Shown here: one piece after another, positions 1 to 13,325 of the stretch
Numbering within the stretch: position 1 is the stretch's first letter
Layout of the letters: each line of letters opens with the position of its first letter
Source: Octopus sinensis
Taxonomy: Eukaryota
DNA: 64,000 nt
Reading direction: 5' to 3'
Assembly: GCF_006345805.1 (NCBI RefSeq)
Contig: NC_043003.1
Coordinates: forward strand, 92,628,001 to 92,692,000
Made by a program: the position numbers and the translations under genes
Notes under the pieces: generated by a model
Seen by the model: only the letters and a program-made list of their open reading frames with translations
Told to the model about the DNA's origin: nothing
The model's database searches: none

Positions 1-429
1 ATTTAATGAACTATGTACAGATGGACGTATAGATGAATATATATGTCTCATTCTCAGGTATAGATCGTTGACACAACCACAATCCAGAGTTAGTCCCTAG
101 TAAGGTAAGTTGAGGCAGTAAGAAGATTCTGAAACACACTGACATGCATTCTCATTTCTTTCCTCAGGTCGTTTGAAGCCTCTGTCTATCATCAATGACG
201 ATGGATGAAAATCCTAGTTGTCTACTGTACTGGAACTGCGCTATCTGTGGCTGAACAGTCCGAGGCACGAATAACAGTCTCTGCCACAAAAGCCAAATTT
301 GTAGGCTGTTCCGGTGCTCTTTCATGACTTATAACCTGAAAGTGTTACTCTCCGTATTGTGTTACCGTAAGCGAAGCTGAAGTGCCCTTTCTAGTGAGCT
401 ATCCGGTGCTAACTCTACAGTATAAGGTG

Positions 430-710
430 TTCGATAGGATCCACGCTTGGACAGTATGGTATGGAGGTTGTTGCTCATGCAGCGTGTCCTCCACTCTCCA
501 TGTCACTGATAAAACCAAAGAAACAGCATGGCCATTATATTTTGGTATGTGTTGTTGCAGGAGTTACCAGAACACAACGTTGGACTGCCTCAGGGGCTCA
601 CAACGTTGAACTGCCTCGGCGGTTCACAACATTGAACGGCCTCAGGGGCTCGAACTCCCGTTTCTAACCTCAGGGTTTACTCCTAAAGTTTTTCCCTCCA
701 GGCCCATAGG
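430..710 (+). mobile_element. Fragment resembling the 5' UTR of an RTE-type LINE / SINE middle body
   Basis: The motifs 'ctccactctccatgtcactgata...gttgttgcaggagttaccag' and 'cctcagggtttactcctaaag' resemble RTE 5'UTR sequence as I recall it. The first motif is loosely similar to the SINE body at about 42440-42510. Confidence 0.35.
573..650. repeat. 26-bp tandem repeat, 3 copies
   Basis: cacaacgttggactgcctcaggggct / cacaacgttgaactgcctcggcggtt / cacaacattgaacggcctcaggggct. Confidence 0.85.
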
Positions 711-1393
711 ATACGTTGAATTCGGCAATGCAACCAAACGAAAATTTTTCCAACTGTAAACTGATGATTATTTGCAGTTATACTTATCGATCTGTAAACA
801 GAAATAACAACTTGATATTATTTTTTTTTGCCATCTATATATAATATACATTTGTAAATGATATACATTTATTAACCTCATTCGTGTGTTTACTACAGAG
901 GCTCTTTCTCCACGCTCCCGTAATTGTAAATATATAATTTTATTGTGCTATTCTTTAGACAGGATTCATACAGGATCAGAATGGAAACTGCACCTGAAGA
1001 AGTTTGCCGTATTGCTCTATTTTGAACCCACACGGAAATTAAAACCTGAACTGGTCTTCTTTTGTATACTCAGGTCTATAAAGCTGCTCAAAAACTTAAA
1101 AGACAGCTGAGAACAATATCATTTACCCGCCTGTGTACTCTAAACCCAACTGACAACGATATCATTTATATGCTCACATATCCGTAACACTGTACAAGCG
1201 TTTCTCAACCATTTTTCTCCCACATTCCATTTCAATCTTTTTAAAAAAGAAACCGACTTGACCTCGACTATGCGATGATGATAGTAGTAGCTGTTACGAC
1301 TGTGTTGGGGAATAAATACCGTTTTTAGAATCCAAGAGAGGAGTAATGTTACAACGTTAGCCAGTTACTGGAAGAACGTTATGTATATATATT

Positions 1394-1583
1394 CAAAAAT
1401 TAGGGAATAGAATAGATAAAATCGCGTCTACATATGTTTCATAGCTAGCGGAACTTCAAGGATAGCAAATTATCCAAACGAGAGGTAGACTGCAAGCTAC
1501 TCTTCAGGTCAAAGATACCTTGATTGTATGAAGTTTACATTGTCGTCAGAAGATCCCGTGTTAACCCGCTGGGGATTCGGTAG

Positions 1584-1637
<54 letters not shown>

Positions 1638-1661
1638 ATGTTGTCTGTCTGTCTGTTTGTG

Positions 1662-1696
<35 letters not shown>

Positions 1697-2108
1697 GTGT
1701 ATGTGTGTGTATGCGCGCGTGTAAAGGTAAGCTCCAAGGATCAAAGAGTAGGAAGTTAGAGAGCTTCAAGCAGTTCATAGAAGATATAAAAGTCAACTTT
1801 CAGGAAGAGTAGTGGTGTGTTGGCGCAGAGGGTTGTGGATTTTTCCCGTATCGAAGTACGATAAGCTAAAAAAGTTTATTTTATAGTCCACGGTTGGCAA
1901 CTAGGATAGTTGTATATGGGAATAAACATCCCAAAATTAGGGAATTGAGTAAAAAAAAATGTTTCATAGCTGGCGGAACCTCGGAAGTAGTAATTATCCA
2001 AACGAGGGTTAGACAGCAAGCTAAACTTCAGATCAAGGATACCTTGATTGTATGAAGTTTACATTGTCGTTAGGAGATCCCGTGTTAATTAGCAGGGAAT
2101 TCGATAGA
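1394..2108. repeat. Diverged ~185-bp direct repeat (1394-1585 and 1932-2108)
   Basis: Both copies share 'aaattagggaat...atgtttcatagct.gcggaac...attatccaaacgag...gataccttgattgtatgaagtttacattgtcgt...agatcccgtgttaa'. They are separated by (TATC)n/(TGTC)n repeats and unique DNA. Confidence 0.85.
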
Positions 2109-3419
2109 AATGCGTAGAAAGCACAGTCCAAAAGGAACACAAAGACGGCTTTCTTCTATTTTCCATCTACCGAATCCACTCACAACGCTTTGGTTGGCCG
2201 AGGTCATAGTAGAATGTTGAAGTGACGCTGAAACTCACGCTGGACTGCTGTGAAAGACTCGTTATTCTTCACGTAACTGTCGTAGGCAAACGCGATGCTC
2301 TATCGTCCACAGCGTCATCACTTCACCTGAAAAGAAAAAAAAAAAAACAAATGCTAAGACACTACGGACCAAATGGTATCTGTCGGACATATGTCCCTTC
2401 TCCTGGGGCTGAGTAATAGCCATTTCAAAAACGTCCATCCTCTCTGTCCCACCCTGTATTAAAGCACCGGAACAATTGATGTATTAGAATCAAATTGGTA
2501 GATGGAAACTGCATGTCTTTGCGATTGTCTCTCACTATTTACGTCACTCTAGCTTAGCAATTCAGCTATACATAACACACACACATACACACATGCGCAC
2601 GCACGCACATGCACAGAACTTTCTGCAATGAATCTCAAAAAAAAACCAAAAAAAAACAGAAAAAGTTGTGAACCAAGTTCGTGCAAGAACCTGTTTCTTA
2701 ACTTGTGCGTGGCTGCATAAATATTTGTGGCTGTGTGTGAGTGTTTATACACCTGCAAGTATATGTGCGTTGTAGGTCACACATCGGGATGTGAAAAGCA
2801 CGCGAGATAGAAATATAGGATTTAAGGTGAACCACAGTTGACCGTTGACTAATGTGACCTGATCCACTTTCAGCTGAAGTTACAGACATCACAGTTTTTT
2901 CTTTTGTGTGTGTGCACACACACACATACACACACGCACATATACATACAGACAGACATAGATAGATTTTAAATATAAATAAATTTAAAGCTATATTAAC
3001 TCTTTAAACTTCCATCTCTTCATTTACAGATCGCTAGTTTTCACACCCGTTATCTATAAATTCCATATTCAAAAATTCATTGAAAGAATTAGTCTCAGAA
3101 TTTTTCAAATGATTTTATTTCAAAATTTTTAAATGTCATTATAAGTAGTATTCTTTCGTTTTATGAACAGAAAATGAAATATTGACGTCATTCCGTAATC
3201 GCCAGACGGATGTGTTGATCAGACATCCACCTTTCCTTTTTCTTTTCTTTTTCCAACATTTTCTTGGGATTCTTATTTTCAACAAACGGTGCCAAAAAAG
3301 CAAAGCTAACTAGGTTTGAACAACGGATCAAGCAATACCGACAAAACAAATTGTTTAGAACCGACCAATAAGGATTTTATTAAGAGATTAATGACGATAA
3401 AAACATGAAAGCTTAGTCC

Positions 3420-4045
3420 CTGATACAGATGAAAGTCGACTTTGCTGGGATAAGATATGGAGTAAGCAAGAACAACATAATACTACAGCTGAATGGTTCT
3501 ACAACCTGAAGCAAACAGCTTCTTATCCCCAGCAAGAGGCTATCCACTTCACAGAACGTAGTATCAGAAATATGAGTAAAAAGATAAGCAATTGGAAAGC
3601 AACAGCAGGACCTGACGGTCGGTGTACAGGGATTTCGGATGAAAAAGTTCAGTAGTTGCCATAAATTAATCGCAGAGCAATTTAACGCATTGAGCAATGG
3701 AGAAGAAACCTGGCGCCGGTTGACAAAAGGATGAATGGTGTTGAGTCTGAAGGATGCATCAAAGGGAAATGCTGCTGACAATTACAGACCAATTTCTTGC
3801 CTCCCATTAATGTGGAAGTTAATGTCAGGAGGAATTGCAGAACTGTATAAATTTCTTGATGTGAACGATATTTTACCGACAGAACAAAAAGGCTGTAGAA
3901 GGAGATGCAGAGGTACCAAAGATCAATTATTGATAGACAAAATGGTAATGCAAGATTGTAAACGAAGGAGAACAAATCTGGAAATGGCCTGGATTGACTA
4001 TTGTGAAGCTTATATGATCCCACATTCGTGGATCATCTAGTGCTT
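3420..4045 (+). mobile_element. R4/Dong-clade non-LTR retrotransposon, degraded RT N-terminal fragment
   Basis: ORF 3735-4040 reads [14 protein letters not shown]...[20 protein letters not shown]...[16 protein letters not shown] (RT domains 1-3). Upstream sequence is frameshifted homologous coding DNA. Confidence 0.85.
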
Positions 4046-4517
4046 AGATCTGTGCTTGGCTCCTTTTCCAAAAATTTCATGCCTTGTGCCTATAGCAGAA
4101 AATATTTGGTAGTTGATAAAAAAGACTAATAACTTATAAATGAACCACAATCCTTTAGAAGCTATGACCCTAACAAACTTCATACAGTTCTTAGAAGTGT
4201 AGTATATTCTTAGCTATTTAGTAGCAACACGGACTCTTTCCCTCTTCTTGCTCTATTAGAGAATTTGAGTAAAATTATATTAATGTGTCCAACTGATTAA
4301 AAATTCTATTTATTTATGCAGCTGAGGATAGCCTTGCTTTTAAATTGATGTAATGATTGCATTGTTCAATTAAATGGAGTCGCTTGAAACGGTCGTACTA
4401 CACCACCTCTTGATATCCTGTTGCTTATTTTGATTTTATTCACATTACTTTGAGTTGTACGGATAATACTGCACTGACTTGGTGCTTCAACTTAAGTACC
4501 TAATTCAACTGAATTGC

Positions 4518-4557
<40 letters not shown>

Positions 4558-5829
4558 TATATAATATATATATATATATCCATATGCACACATTCTTTTT
4601 TTAGAACTGGATCTCGAAAAGATAAATGCTATAAATAATAGGTTATAAACCCAATATTTCCCTACTGTTATTTATTGCATCTCTGTGTTTCGAGATCCAG
4701 TTCCAAAAGAAGAATTATTTGACATATAAACTACATATAAATGTATACGAACTACATATATATTTACACACACACGCGCGCACACACACACACGCACGCA
4801 CACACATACGCACACACACACACACCTAACAGTTACATACTCACACCAGTGTACATTATATTTGCAAATCTATGGCGTGGTTAAATTCTAGTAAAACGGC
4901 AGATTAAACCAGATTACTTTCATCATCCCGGTTCTGTTCCAGTATGATGTGATATTGGTGGATAGTTTTCTATATATTTTCAGTGGAGCCATTTGTAGCT
5001 AGCACATCGTTATGGTAAGGAACAACTCCGCTACAAATGTCCATGTCCAATGATGGACCACAGGCTCTTTTGCTTATTCTAGATACATGGTTCTAATTAA
5101 TTATGTTTAGAAAGCTGTTCGTAACTTAGTGAATATATTATTGCTTTCATTTGATTTTCTCTAAAAGCTATGTTTGCTAGTTTTTAAAACTAGTGTGATA
5201 TGTATGCAGTTTACTATCATTAAATTAATGTTAATAAGTATGCTTAAGTCAAAGTACTTGAATAAATTTATTGAATCCTTTCCAAATTTGTCCATGCTAT
5301 AGTTGTTTATATTGTATGGGTGTATACAGCCGTCATCTCCATGCATTCCAGATTATGGGAAGTGCGATTTCCGAGGATATCATGAATAAACAGTCTTAAG
5401 TGATCGGATAAGTCAGTTCCATCACAGTTCCTTATTGAAACGTCGAAAAAGAATCATCTCCAGTCATGTCATAATAGGAAACATCATGTTGTTATCTTAA
5501 CTTCCAAGCATCGGTTACTATCCGTATGTCTAGAACGTTAAATGTAGTGAATTCTCCTCCTCGACAACGCAATCCGCCACTTGACGAATGAGAATCTGCG
5601 CACCTGTTGCTCTGAGAAAATAGTTTTAGTCTCTTTCCTTCGAGCACACACGCACACACACATGTTGAGGAAACCACTAAAACAAATATGTAAAACAATA
5701 TACGAAATTCCAACTTACATTAAAACATTAGAAACAAAAGCTGGTCGACGACAGGTGCTTAACCCGAACTCAGATAACTTCCAAAGCTTTCTAAAGCTCT
5801 ATTCAGACCAGTCCAAAACAACAGAAGGC

Positions 5830-6075
5830 GACCTTTGAGCTGCATTTTCATCTTCGGGAAGAGACGGAAATCCGCAGGTGCTAAACCTGGTGAATAGGGC
5901 GGCTGCGGAAGCGATAGCATGTTGCTTTTGGCGAGAAACTCACGAGTGAGGAGAGCTCGATGACAGGGTGTATTATCGTCGTGAAGAATCCAGTTCTTCG
6001 CGCTCCATAGATCTGGTCGCTTTCGCCGAATGTCCTCTCTGGACCCTTCAAAACGTCACAGTAGAACTCGATTGA
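5830..6075 (-). mobile_element. Mariner transposase C-terminal fragment
   Basis: The minus strand gives HDN.PCHRALLTREFLAKSNMLSLPQPPYSPGLAPADFRLFPKMK, a variant of the mariner YSPDL motif region. Confidence 0.75.
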
Positions 6076-6961
6076 CAGTCTGGCTCCGGATCACAAAATG
6101 GAGGACGACACTGATATCATAAGAACATTAAATAAAACACAAAAGCACAAACAAATAAACTGACAAAGCAAACGTAGACATCTCATCGTCAGCTGCTTAT
6201 CAGAAATTCTTATGATTTCGACATCTGGGCAGTACTACTCAATTGGATGGGTGTCAACAGCGTTAAAAAGTATAGAGGCTGCTTGGGAATAACAGACCTG
6301 AAACAGGAGCCAAACATATGTTCAATATGTTCATTAAGTTGACACCAGTTTAATGTTACTAAGTGTGCGCACAAACGCACACACAAACACTCGTATGTAC
6401 ACACATATATATGTGGGTGTGTATATATATACACACACATAAAGATTAAAAAACTTTTTTTTTTTGTTTTTGTGCCCGGGTCAGACCCGGAACACTCACG
6501 ATGTGAAGTTTCCGAGTCCTTCCCCCCACCCCCCTTTCTCGAGTGCGCATTTTTTTTGTCATATTCGTTTAGAGGAAGTTGTTTTACACATATTACAATA
6601 TTTTTTTTGTTTATGACCGGGTCAAACTCTTTAGTTTGACCGGGAAAATTACTTGCATAATCGTTTAAAGACTGGATTTGAGAACCTACCGATATTTTTT
6701 TTTTTAATTATCTTTGGCAATCAAGACTACATATATAGTATTGAGAGGATTTATTGAGATTTATGTGAAGCTGGGCGATAAATCTTGTACTTACCGGCAT
6801 AAAGTCAATATGATTACGGGAAATATAAATATTCCTGGCCTTGACATCACGCAGTGAGTAATAGGTCAACATAAAGTTATTTTATTACCACCCCCCGCCT
6901 TCTTTCACCCAACCTTCGTCTCTTCCTTCTCTTCCTCATCTTCAAATGTATTGTTGATGCT

Positions 6962-7003
6962 TATTGTAGTAGTAGTAGTAGTAGTAGTAGAAGAAGAAGA
7001 AGA

Positions 7004-7041
<38 letters not shown>

Positions 7042-7338
7042 AAGAAGAAGAAGTAGTATAGTAGTAGTAGTAGTAGTAGAAGAAGAAGAATAAGTAGTAG
7101 TAGTAGTAGTTAGTAGTAGTAGAAGAAGAAGAAGAAGTAGTAGTAGTAGTAGTATAGTAGAAGACGAAGAAGAATAAGTAGTAGTAGTAGTAGTAGGAAG
7201 AAGAAGAAGAAGAAGGAGTAGAAACAGAGTTGTAGAGTAGTAGTAGAGAAAGTATAGTGTAGTAGTAGTAGAGAAGAAAGTAGTAGTAGTAGTAGTAGTA
7301 GTAGAAGAAGAAGAAGAAGAAGAAGAAGAAGAAGAAGA

Positions 7339-7369
<31 letters not shown>

Positions 7370-7382
7370 TAGTAGTAGTCAT
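6962..7382. repeat. Compound (TAG)n/(AAG)n trinucleotide array, ~420 bp
   Basis: Alternating blocks of tagtagtag and gaagaagaa. Confidence 0.95.
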
Positions 7383-7799
7383 TAGTCATATCTGTACAGA
7401 AAGTGGACCATATGGGCATATTGGAAGTGCTCTACTATTCTGAGGAGAACTTCTACACCCAAGTAATGACTAGCAGAGCCCTTTGATGGAGAAATATAGT
7501 CTATAAATGTTTCTAGATGTATTCTGCTTTCTAGTAAGTATATCATGTACACCAAAGGTTCTCAACCCATTTTGGCCAAAGGCCCCCTTTTGACCCTTGG
7601 AATCACAAATGTCCCCCACCACCACCCCACTAGAAAATATTTTTATTTTGCCATGTACTACTTATTTTGATATCAGCAGATAATGATTAAAAAAATAAAG
7701 GACGTCGTTTTACATATGCATTTGTACGCAGTCGGGAGTACAGATGTACAAATTGAAATGCAAAAATTAAATAATTAAATAAATAAATAAATAATAATA

Positions 7800-7963
7800 G
7801 GCGCAGGAGTGGCTGTGTGGTAAGTAGCTTGTCTACCAACCACATGGTTCCGGGTCAGTCCCACTGCGTGGCACTTTGGGCAAGTGTCTTCTACTATAGC
7901 CTCGGGCCGACCAAAGCCTTGTGAGTGGATTTGGTAGACGGAAACTGAAAGAAGCCCGTCGTA

Positions 7964-8009
<46 letters not shown>

Positions 8010-8205
8010 CGTGGTGTGTTTGTGGTCTGTGCTTGTCCCTAGCATTGCTGACAACCGATGCTGGTGCGTTTATGTCACCGTTACTTAGCGGTTCGGCAAA
8101 AGAGACCGATAGAATAAGTATGGGCTGACAAAGAATAAGTCGATTAAAGGCGGTGCTCCAGCATGGCCGCAGTCAAATGACTGAAACAAGTAAAAGAGTA
8201 AAGAG
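7800..8205 (+). mobile_element. Full-length tRNA-derived CORE-like SINE
   Basis: Head 'ggcgcaggagtggctgtgtggtaag...ggttccgggtcagtcccactgcgtggcactttgggcaagtg', internal (TA)n, tail 'ggcggtgctccagcatggccgcagtcaaatgactgaaacaagtaaaagag'. Many relatives occur in the window. Confidence 0.9.
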
Positions 8206-9102
8206 TAATGAATTGAAAGTTTGGTAATTGCATTTATTTCCACCACGCGACACTTATGAGACCAACGTATCGTCTATCGAAAAAGTGCTCTTTGGTGCAA
8301 ATAAATGCCGATGAAATCATTTCAAACCTTTCCGATTTCCCTTATCAAAACAGCTAGAACTTGTGCAACAATCTGATATATAAGTTATTGCCACCAAGGA
8401 AGAGGATTTTTTATGCTCAGGAAAGAGAGTGTATTTGATAGAAATTATCAAAATACATATGTACTTCATATGAGTAACAATTTGTGGAGGATGGTATTCA
8501 CTGTACTTGGATCTAGTTAGTTTGAGACACAAAATCAGCCCCCTTTTAAAATGACGTAAAAAATCTGAAAATTTGTCATATTAAACATTCATTTCATATT
8601 TAGTTTGTTTCTTTCACAAAATCTGCATTTTTTAAAAGGAAGTAAAAAATCTTGATGCAGTTTTCCACGCTTATTCCTATGAAGTCATGAACTTCTGGAG
8701 CAAAAATTTGACATACAAATATTCTTTTATAATACGTAGTTTTAATATACGGACAGTCTGAATTTACCATTTTTTTCTCCAAATTTCCAAATAATTCTTT
8801 AAATACTTCAGAATCAAAATTGCGTAAATATGTGTGCCAGAAACAGTAGTTAAAAATTAAAGAAATAGATTTTTGGGAGATCTCTTATTATGACTGACTT
8901 TTATTTTAAAACCACAAATTAAAAATTAAAAATTGGAGGGTGGGAGATTTTTTGTTGCATAATCATATTAATTCCATTATGTAGAAGATAGAATCGAAAA
9001 AACTTTGTAAAAATTCGTAAAAATACAAAAGTTATGAAGGGTTTTAACACGTGCTTACATCATAATTCCGCCGATTCACACATATATATATATATATACA
9101 CG

Positions 9103-9520
9103 CACACGTGATCTCATATCAAGATAAACAGCTCATGACCTTGCAGGTGGTGCCTAGTTAGAATTTTCTTCTGGTCGAGTAACCCATCCCGCTCAAAAGG
9201 TCCCTGAATAAGAGTTGTTTAAGGATGTTGAACGAAACACCCATGTTTCCAGAATGAATTAGTCAAACCCAAAGAAACCTTCTCAACACATGGCTATGAT
9301 GCTTCCCCACTACTTCTGCTCGTTATCAGAGATGCAGATATCGTCACCCACAAGGGACAGCTCAAACTGGTTAAGTCAAACAATGACAAAGCAAATCTGT
9401 GATATTGAGCAGAATATATTGCTGTAAGCCCATTTTTATACCAAGACAAACAATGTAATGATAACACTTCCAATCAGTTAAGATCAGAGCATGGAGAGGC
9501 CACTGGCCTGGTACTGCATA
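9103..9520 (-). mobile_element. Non-autonomous (TAA)n-associated retroelement, 5' part
   Basis: Highly similar to 22490-22835. It abuts (TTA)n at 9520 and is cut by (TA)n near 9100. Confidence 0.8.
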
Positions 9521-9547
9521 TTATTATTATTATTTTATTATTATTAA

Positions 9548-10470
9548 TTTTTTTCTTCTTTCAAATTTGCTTCCATTTCTTGCCGAGTGTTTCCCGACTC
9601 CTATGGCAAAGAAACTCATAGTATACATTGGTAGGCCATTAAACTAAATCAATAGTCGTTCATTTTTTTTTTTTAAGTTAAATTAAAATACATGGGTAGT
9701 AATAGTTCTCACATCGACAATGCTCTTCTCAATACGTGTGATGTACCAGTTAAGAATCTTTTGCACTTCTTGCAGGGATGGTAAGCCAGGGATTATTCTC
9801 ATATAATTTCGGTCCCTTCTTGATCATCCTAGTGCTCCTACGATCACTGTTATTGTAACCGCCTTGAGATGCCACATTTTCTCAATTTCAATGAGCAGGT
9901 CTTTATATTTTCTGAGCTTGTCAAACTCTTTTCGCCGAGATATTATGATCACAGGGGATGCTCATGTCGATCAATAAGCAAACTTTATTGTTTTGGTCTT
10001 TCAAAACAATATCTGGTTTATTGGCTTTGAGGGTTCGGTCTGTATGTACTAGAAAGTCCCACAGAATTCGTTACATTTCTCCTCAGTTACAGCTTCAGGG
10101 GTGATTTATACCACTTGTCGGCGGTTTTGATATTGTAATGCCGACTTATAGCCAGTGTAGATATGGCCAACTCTGTCATGTCTTAATTTATACACCACTG
10201 GTGCTAAGACTTTACATCCAGAGATTAGGTGGTCCACTGTTTCAATATGTCGTTGCAGAATCGGCATTTTGGGTCTGTCCATTTTTTCATCAATTGGCTG
10301 GTAGTTCCGGTTAATAGGATTTGATCTTGAGCAGCCAGGATGAAACCTTCGCTCTGCTTTTAGCCCCTGAGCTCCGTAGCCACTGATGGGTTTGCTTCTG
10401 TTCAACATCAGCTTATTTGCTGCGGGCCCCTATTTGCCGTTTTCCTCCCAACCTATCAGCAATTGCTCGT
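9548..10470 (-). mobile_element. R4/Dong LINE 3' fragment (zinc knuckle, REL endonuclease, 3'UTR, (TAA)n tail)
   Basis: ETVDHLISGCKVLAPVVYKLRHDRVG (CCHC region) and ANKPDIVLKD...CLLIDMSIP...KYKDLLIEIEKMWHLK...VIVGALG (restriction-like endonuclease), with frameshifts. Confidence 0.9.
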
Positions 10471-10564
10471 GCGCTTTTATTATATATTATATTATTATTA
10501 TTATTATTTTAATTATTATATATTATTATTACTACTACTACTACTACTTACTATTATCATTATT

Positions 10565-12120
10565 CAGTAGTCTTACGTATTTTTATCACGTACTTTCAAT
10601 GCACTAACGAGCGCAGCTCTGTGGCTTGGGTACGTGCTGTGGTGCTCTTATTTTCACTGTATTGAAAGTGTTTTACGTAAGATGTGTGCGGTGCCTAGCA
10701 GTGCTATTTTCTGTATGTTTCCTCATATATACTTGTAAGCCCTGGGCTTTTTGTTATGTATTTGTCTGAATGTTTTTTTTATCATACCTAATGCGCTTAC
10801 TATGATAGGAATTGCTTCTGTTTTTAAGCTCCACATTCGAGCTACTTCTACTTCCAGATATTTGTATTATGAGAATTTCTCCGATTCTTTTAGAGAAAGA
10901 TTGTCATCTGTTGGTATTGATACATCAATTAGAAGGTATTTATTAGTGACCTCTGATAACTATATCCGGATATTGACCTTAATTTCTCTATCTGTGTGAT
11001 TTGGCATATCCCAAAATATGGTTGCCTTCTCATTCTCTGTGACCTTTTCTGGCGTATGCCTATACCATCTTTTTTCTGTTGTTATTCCATAATGTTGGCA
11101 TAGCTTCCAGTATATGTAGGTACCAACTCTGTCGTGTCTGTGAATATATTCCTTTTTAGCCAGGACTGGGCAACCAGAGACGATATGATTTATTGTCCAC
11201 ATATTCTAAAGTATTCTACAGTACTGGTTATGTTTCTTTTCATTATAGATTTTCGGTTATTTCTGGTGGGGAGGCTTTGGTCTTGTGCTGCAATTAAAAA
11301 TCCCTCTGTCTCTGCTTTGAGTCCTGAACTTCTTAGTCATTGCTGGGATTTGCTTTGTCTGTTTCTTTTGCGTTTAGTTTAGTCCAGTATATGCCATGAA
11401 GGGGCTTTTCTTGCCATCGTTTTATCATGATCTGTTGCTGTTCTAGTTCTAGTTTGGATTTCATTTGTTTTATAGCTTTTGTTGTTTCTTCTTTTTCTTT
11501 ATAGTTGTTAGGTAGTACGATTCCTTGTTTGTATTTGTCAGCTTCCTTAAAGACTGAAAACAGATTTTCGTTTTGCTCGTGTTTTACGGCTATTTGTATT
11601 AGTTTTCCTTGCTTCTGTAGTCCTATGGTGGTTATTTTGTAATAGTGTTCTAGCTGTATAAGGCCTCTACCACCTTCTATACGTTGTATATATAACCTTT
11701 CTATGTTAGATTTTGGGTGGTGCATCCTAAATCCTGTCATTATTTTTCTTATTTTCCTGTCTATTTTGATTAGTTCATTTAGTGTCCAGTTAAAGTTATT
11801 GTAGCTGTAACTTATACTTGGGACAGCTAAAATGTTGATACTTATCTTGTTTTTCACATTGAGCTCTGTTTTCAGTATTAATCTAACTCGTCTATAGTAT
11901 TCTTTTTCTATTTTCTCTTTCATTTGTGTGTGTTGTATCGTATCTAGTTCATTGATTCCTAAATATTTCTATGTCTAACTCTGGTCTAATTCTCTTATTT
12001 CATTGGCTTTATCTAGTGTGATGTTGCTACTCTTAACTAGTTTTCCTCTTTTTTCAAGGTTGCATTGGCACATTTTTCTAAGCCAAATTTCATATTTATT
12101 CCTCTGGTAAATCCATGTAC
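10565..12120 (-). mobile_element. R4/Dong LINE, 5'-truncated, second subfamily
   Basis: ORF 11333-11923 (RT C-terminal region: KEYYRRVRLILKTELN...RLYIQRIEGGRGLIQL) and ORF 10960-11202 (TINHIVSGCPVLAKKEYIHRHDRVG), then the REL domain. (TAA)n-type repeats lie at both ends. Confidence 0.9.
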
Positions 12121-12557
12121 TTTATTATCATTATTATTATTGTTGTTGTTGTTGTTGTTGTTGTTGTTATTATTATTATTATCATCCAAGTAAAGTTTTC
12201 TAAATGTTTAAGCTATAATTCATATTCATATCCCGACCCCCCAGTCGGGATATAACAACATAAGATTCTTATTGTATGATTGAACTCTGTCCTACTTCGA
12301 AAACAAAAACGGTGTTTTAACACGATACTAAGGAGCAAAGGTTGATGCCAAATGATAAGGCATCGAGTACTTATAACAGATGTTTCATGTGAATTATGGT
12401 ATCAGTGTAAATAATCTATAACCTTTCATTAGTTGTCAGGAGACAGAATCTCTTCATTCTCTGATGAAAGTACCTTAATTAAGCTTTATTTCTTCCGTTT
12501 TACTGTTGATGATGATTGATTTTCCTTTACTTTTAAATGATTTGTATGTCCCCCCCC

Positions 12558-12591
<34 letters not shown>

Positions 12592-12639
12592 CAAAAGACA
12601 AAAGGTGGATAAGTACTATCTCTTATGATAATATACGAT

Positions 12640-12893
<254 letters not shown>

Positions 12894-13325
12894 AGAACTT
12901 ACCATGGACAAGGCTGCGTGGCGTTCGATTATAAATGTATAAAAAATACATATTCAGTACAGGATATCACTAACAAGTGAGAAATACGTAAGCACACGAG
13001 AGACAAGTACAGGAAAAAATACCAAAAGAAGATAATTCGCTCATCAGTTGTCGATTGTTTTACTGACCCACTTCATGCTTTTAAAGACAAGATAGGAAAA
13101 CTTCGTAAGACAGCAGCACCCAGAAAGTTTAGAAATATAAAATTTGTGGAGAGTTAGGGCTTCGAAAGAACAAACAACAACAGAGTGGACGTACAAAGTA
13201 AACAGTCGACGAAGACAAACATTAAGGACCTTTAGGCCAAGACGAATTGTAATGGGTAACGCCCGGGAGAAATTTTTAAAGGAAATAGAATAAATAGAAG
13301 AGAAAAAAATGTCAGTACATATATA

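Noticed and set aside
4984-5014. 31-nt segment between ttttcAG and GTAAGG
   Set aside because: A possible micro-exon, but no partner exons or recognisable peptide were found.
12228-12252. 10-bp GC hairpin atatcccgac/gtcgggatat
   Set aside because: Not followed by CTAG, so not a Helitron end; no other support.
12375-12410. Minus-strand 'acaCTGATAccataattcacatGAAACATCtgt'
   Set aside because: Possibly a decayed hammerhead relic, but the core and stem III are both broken; too degenerate to call.
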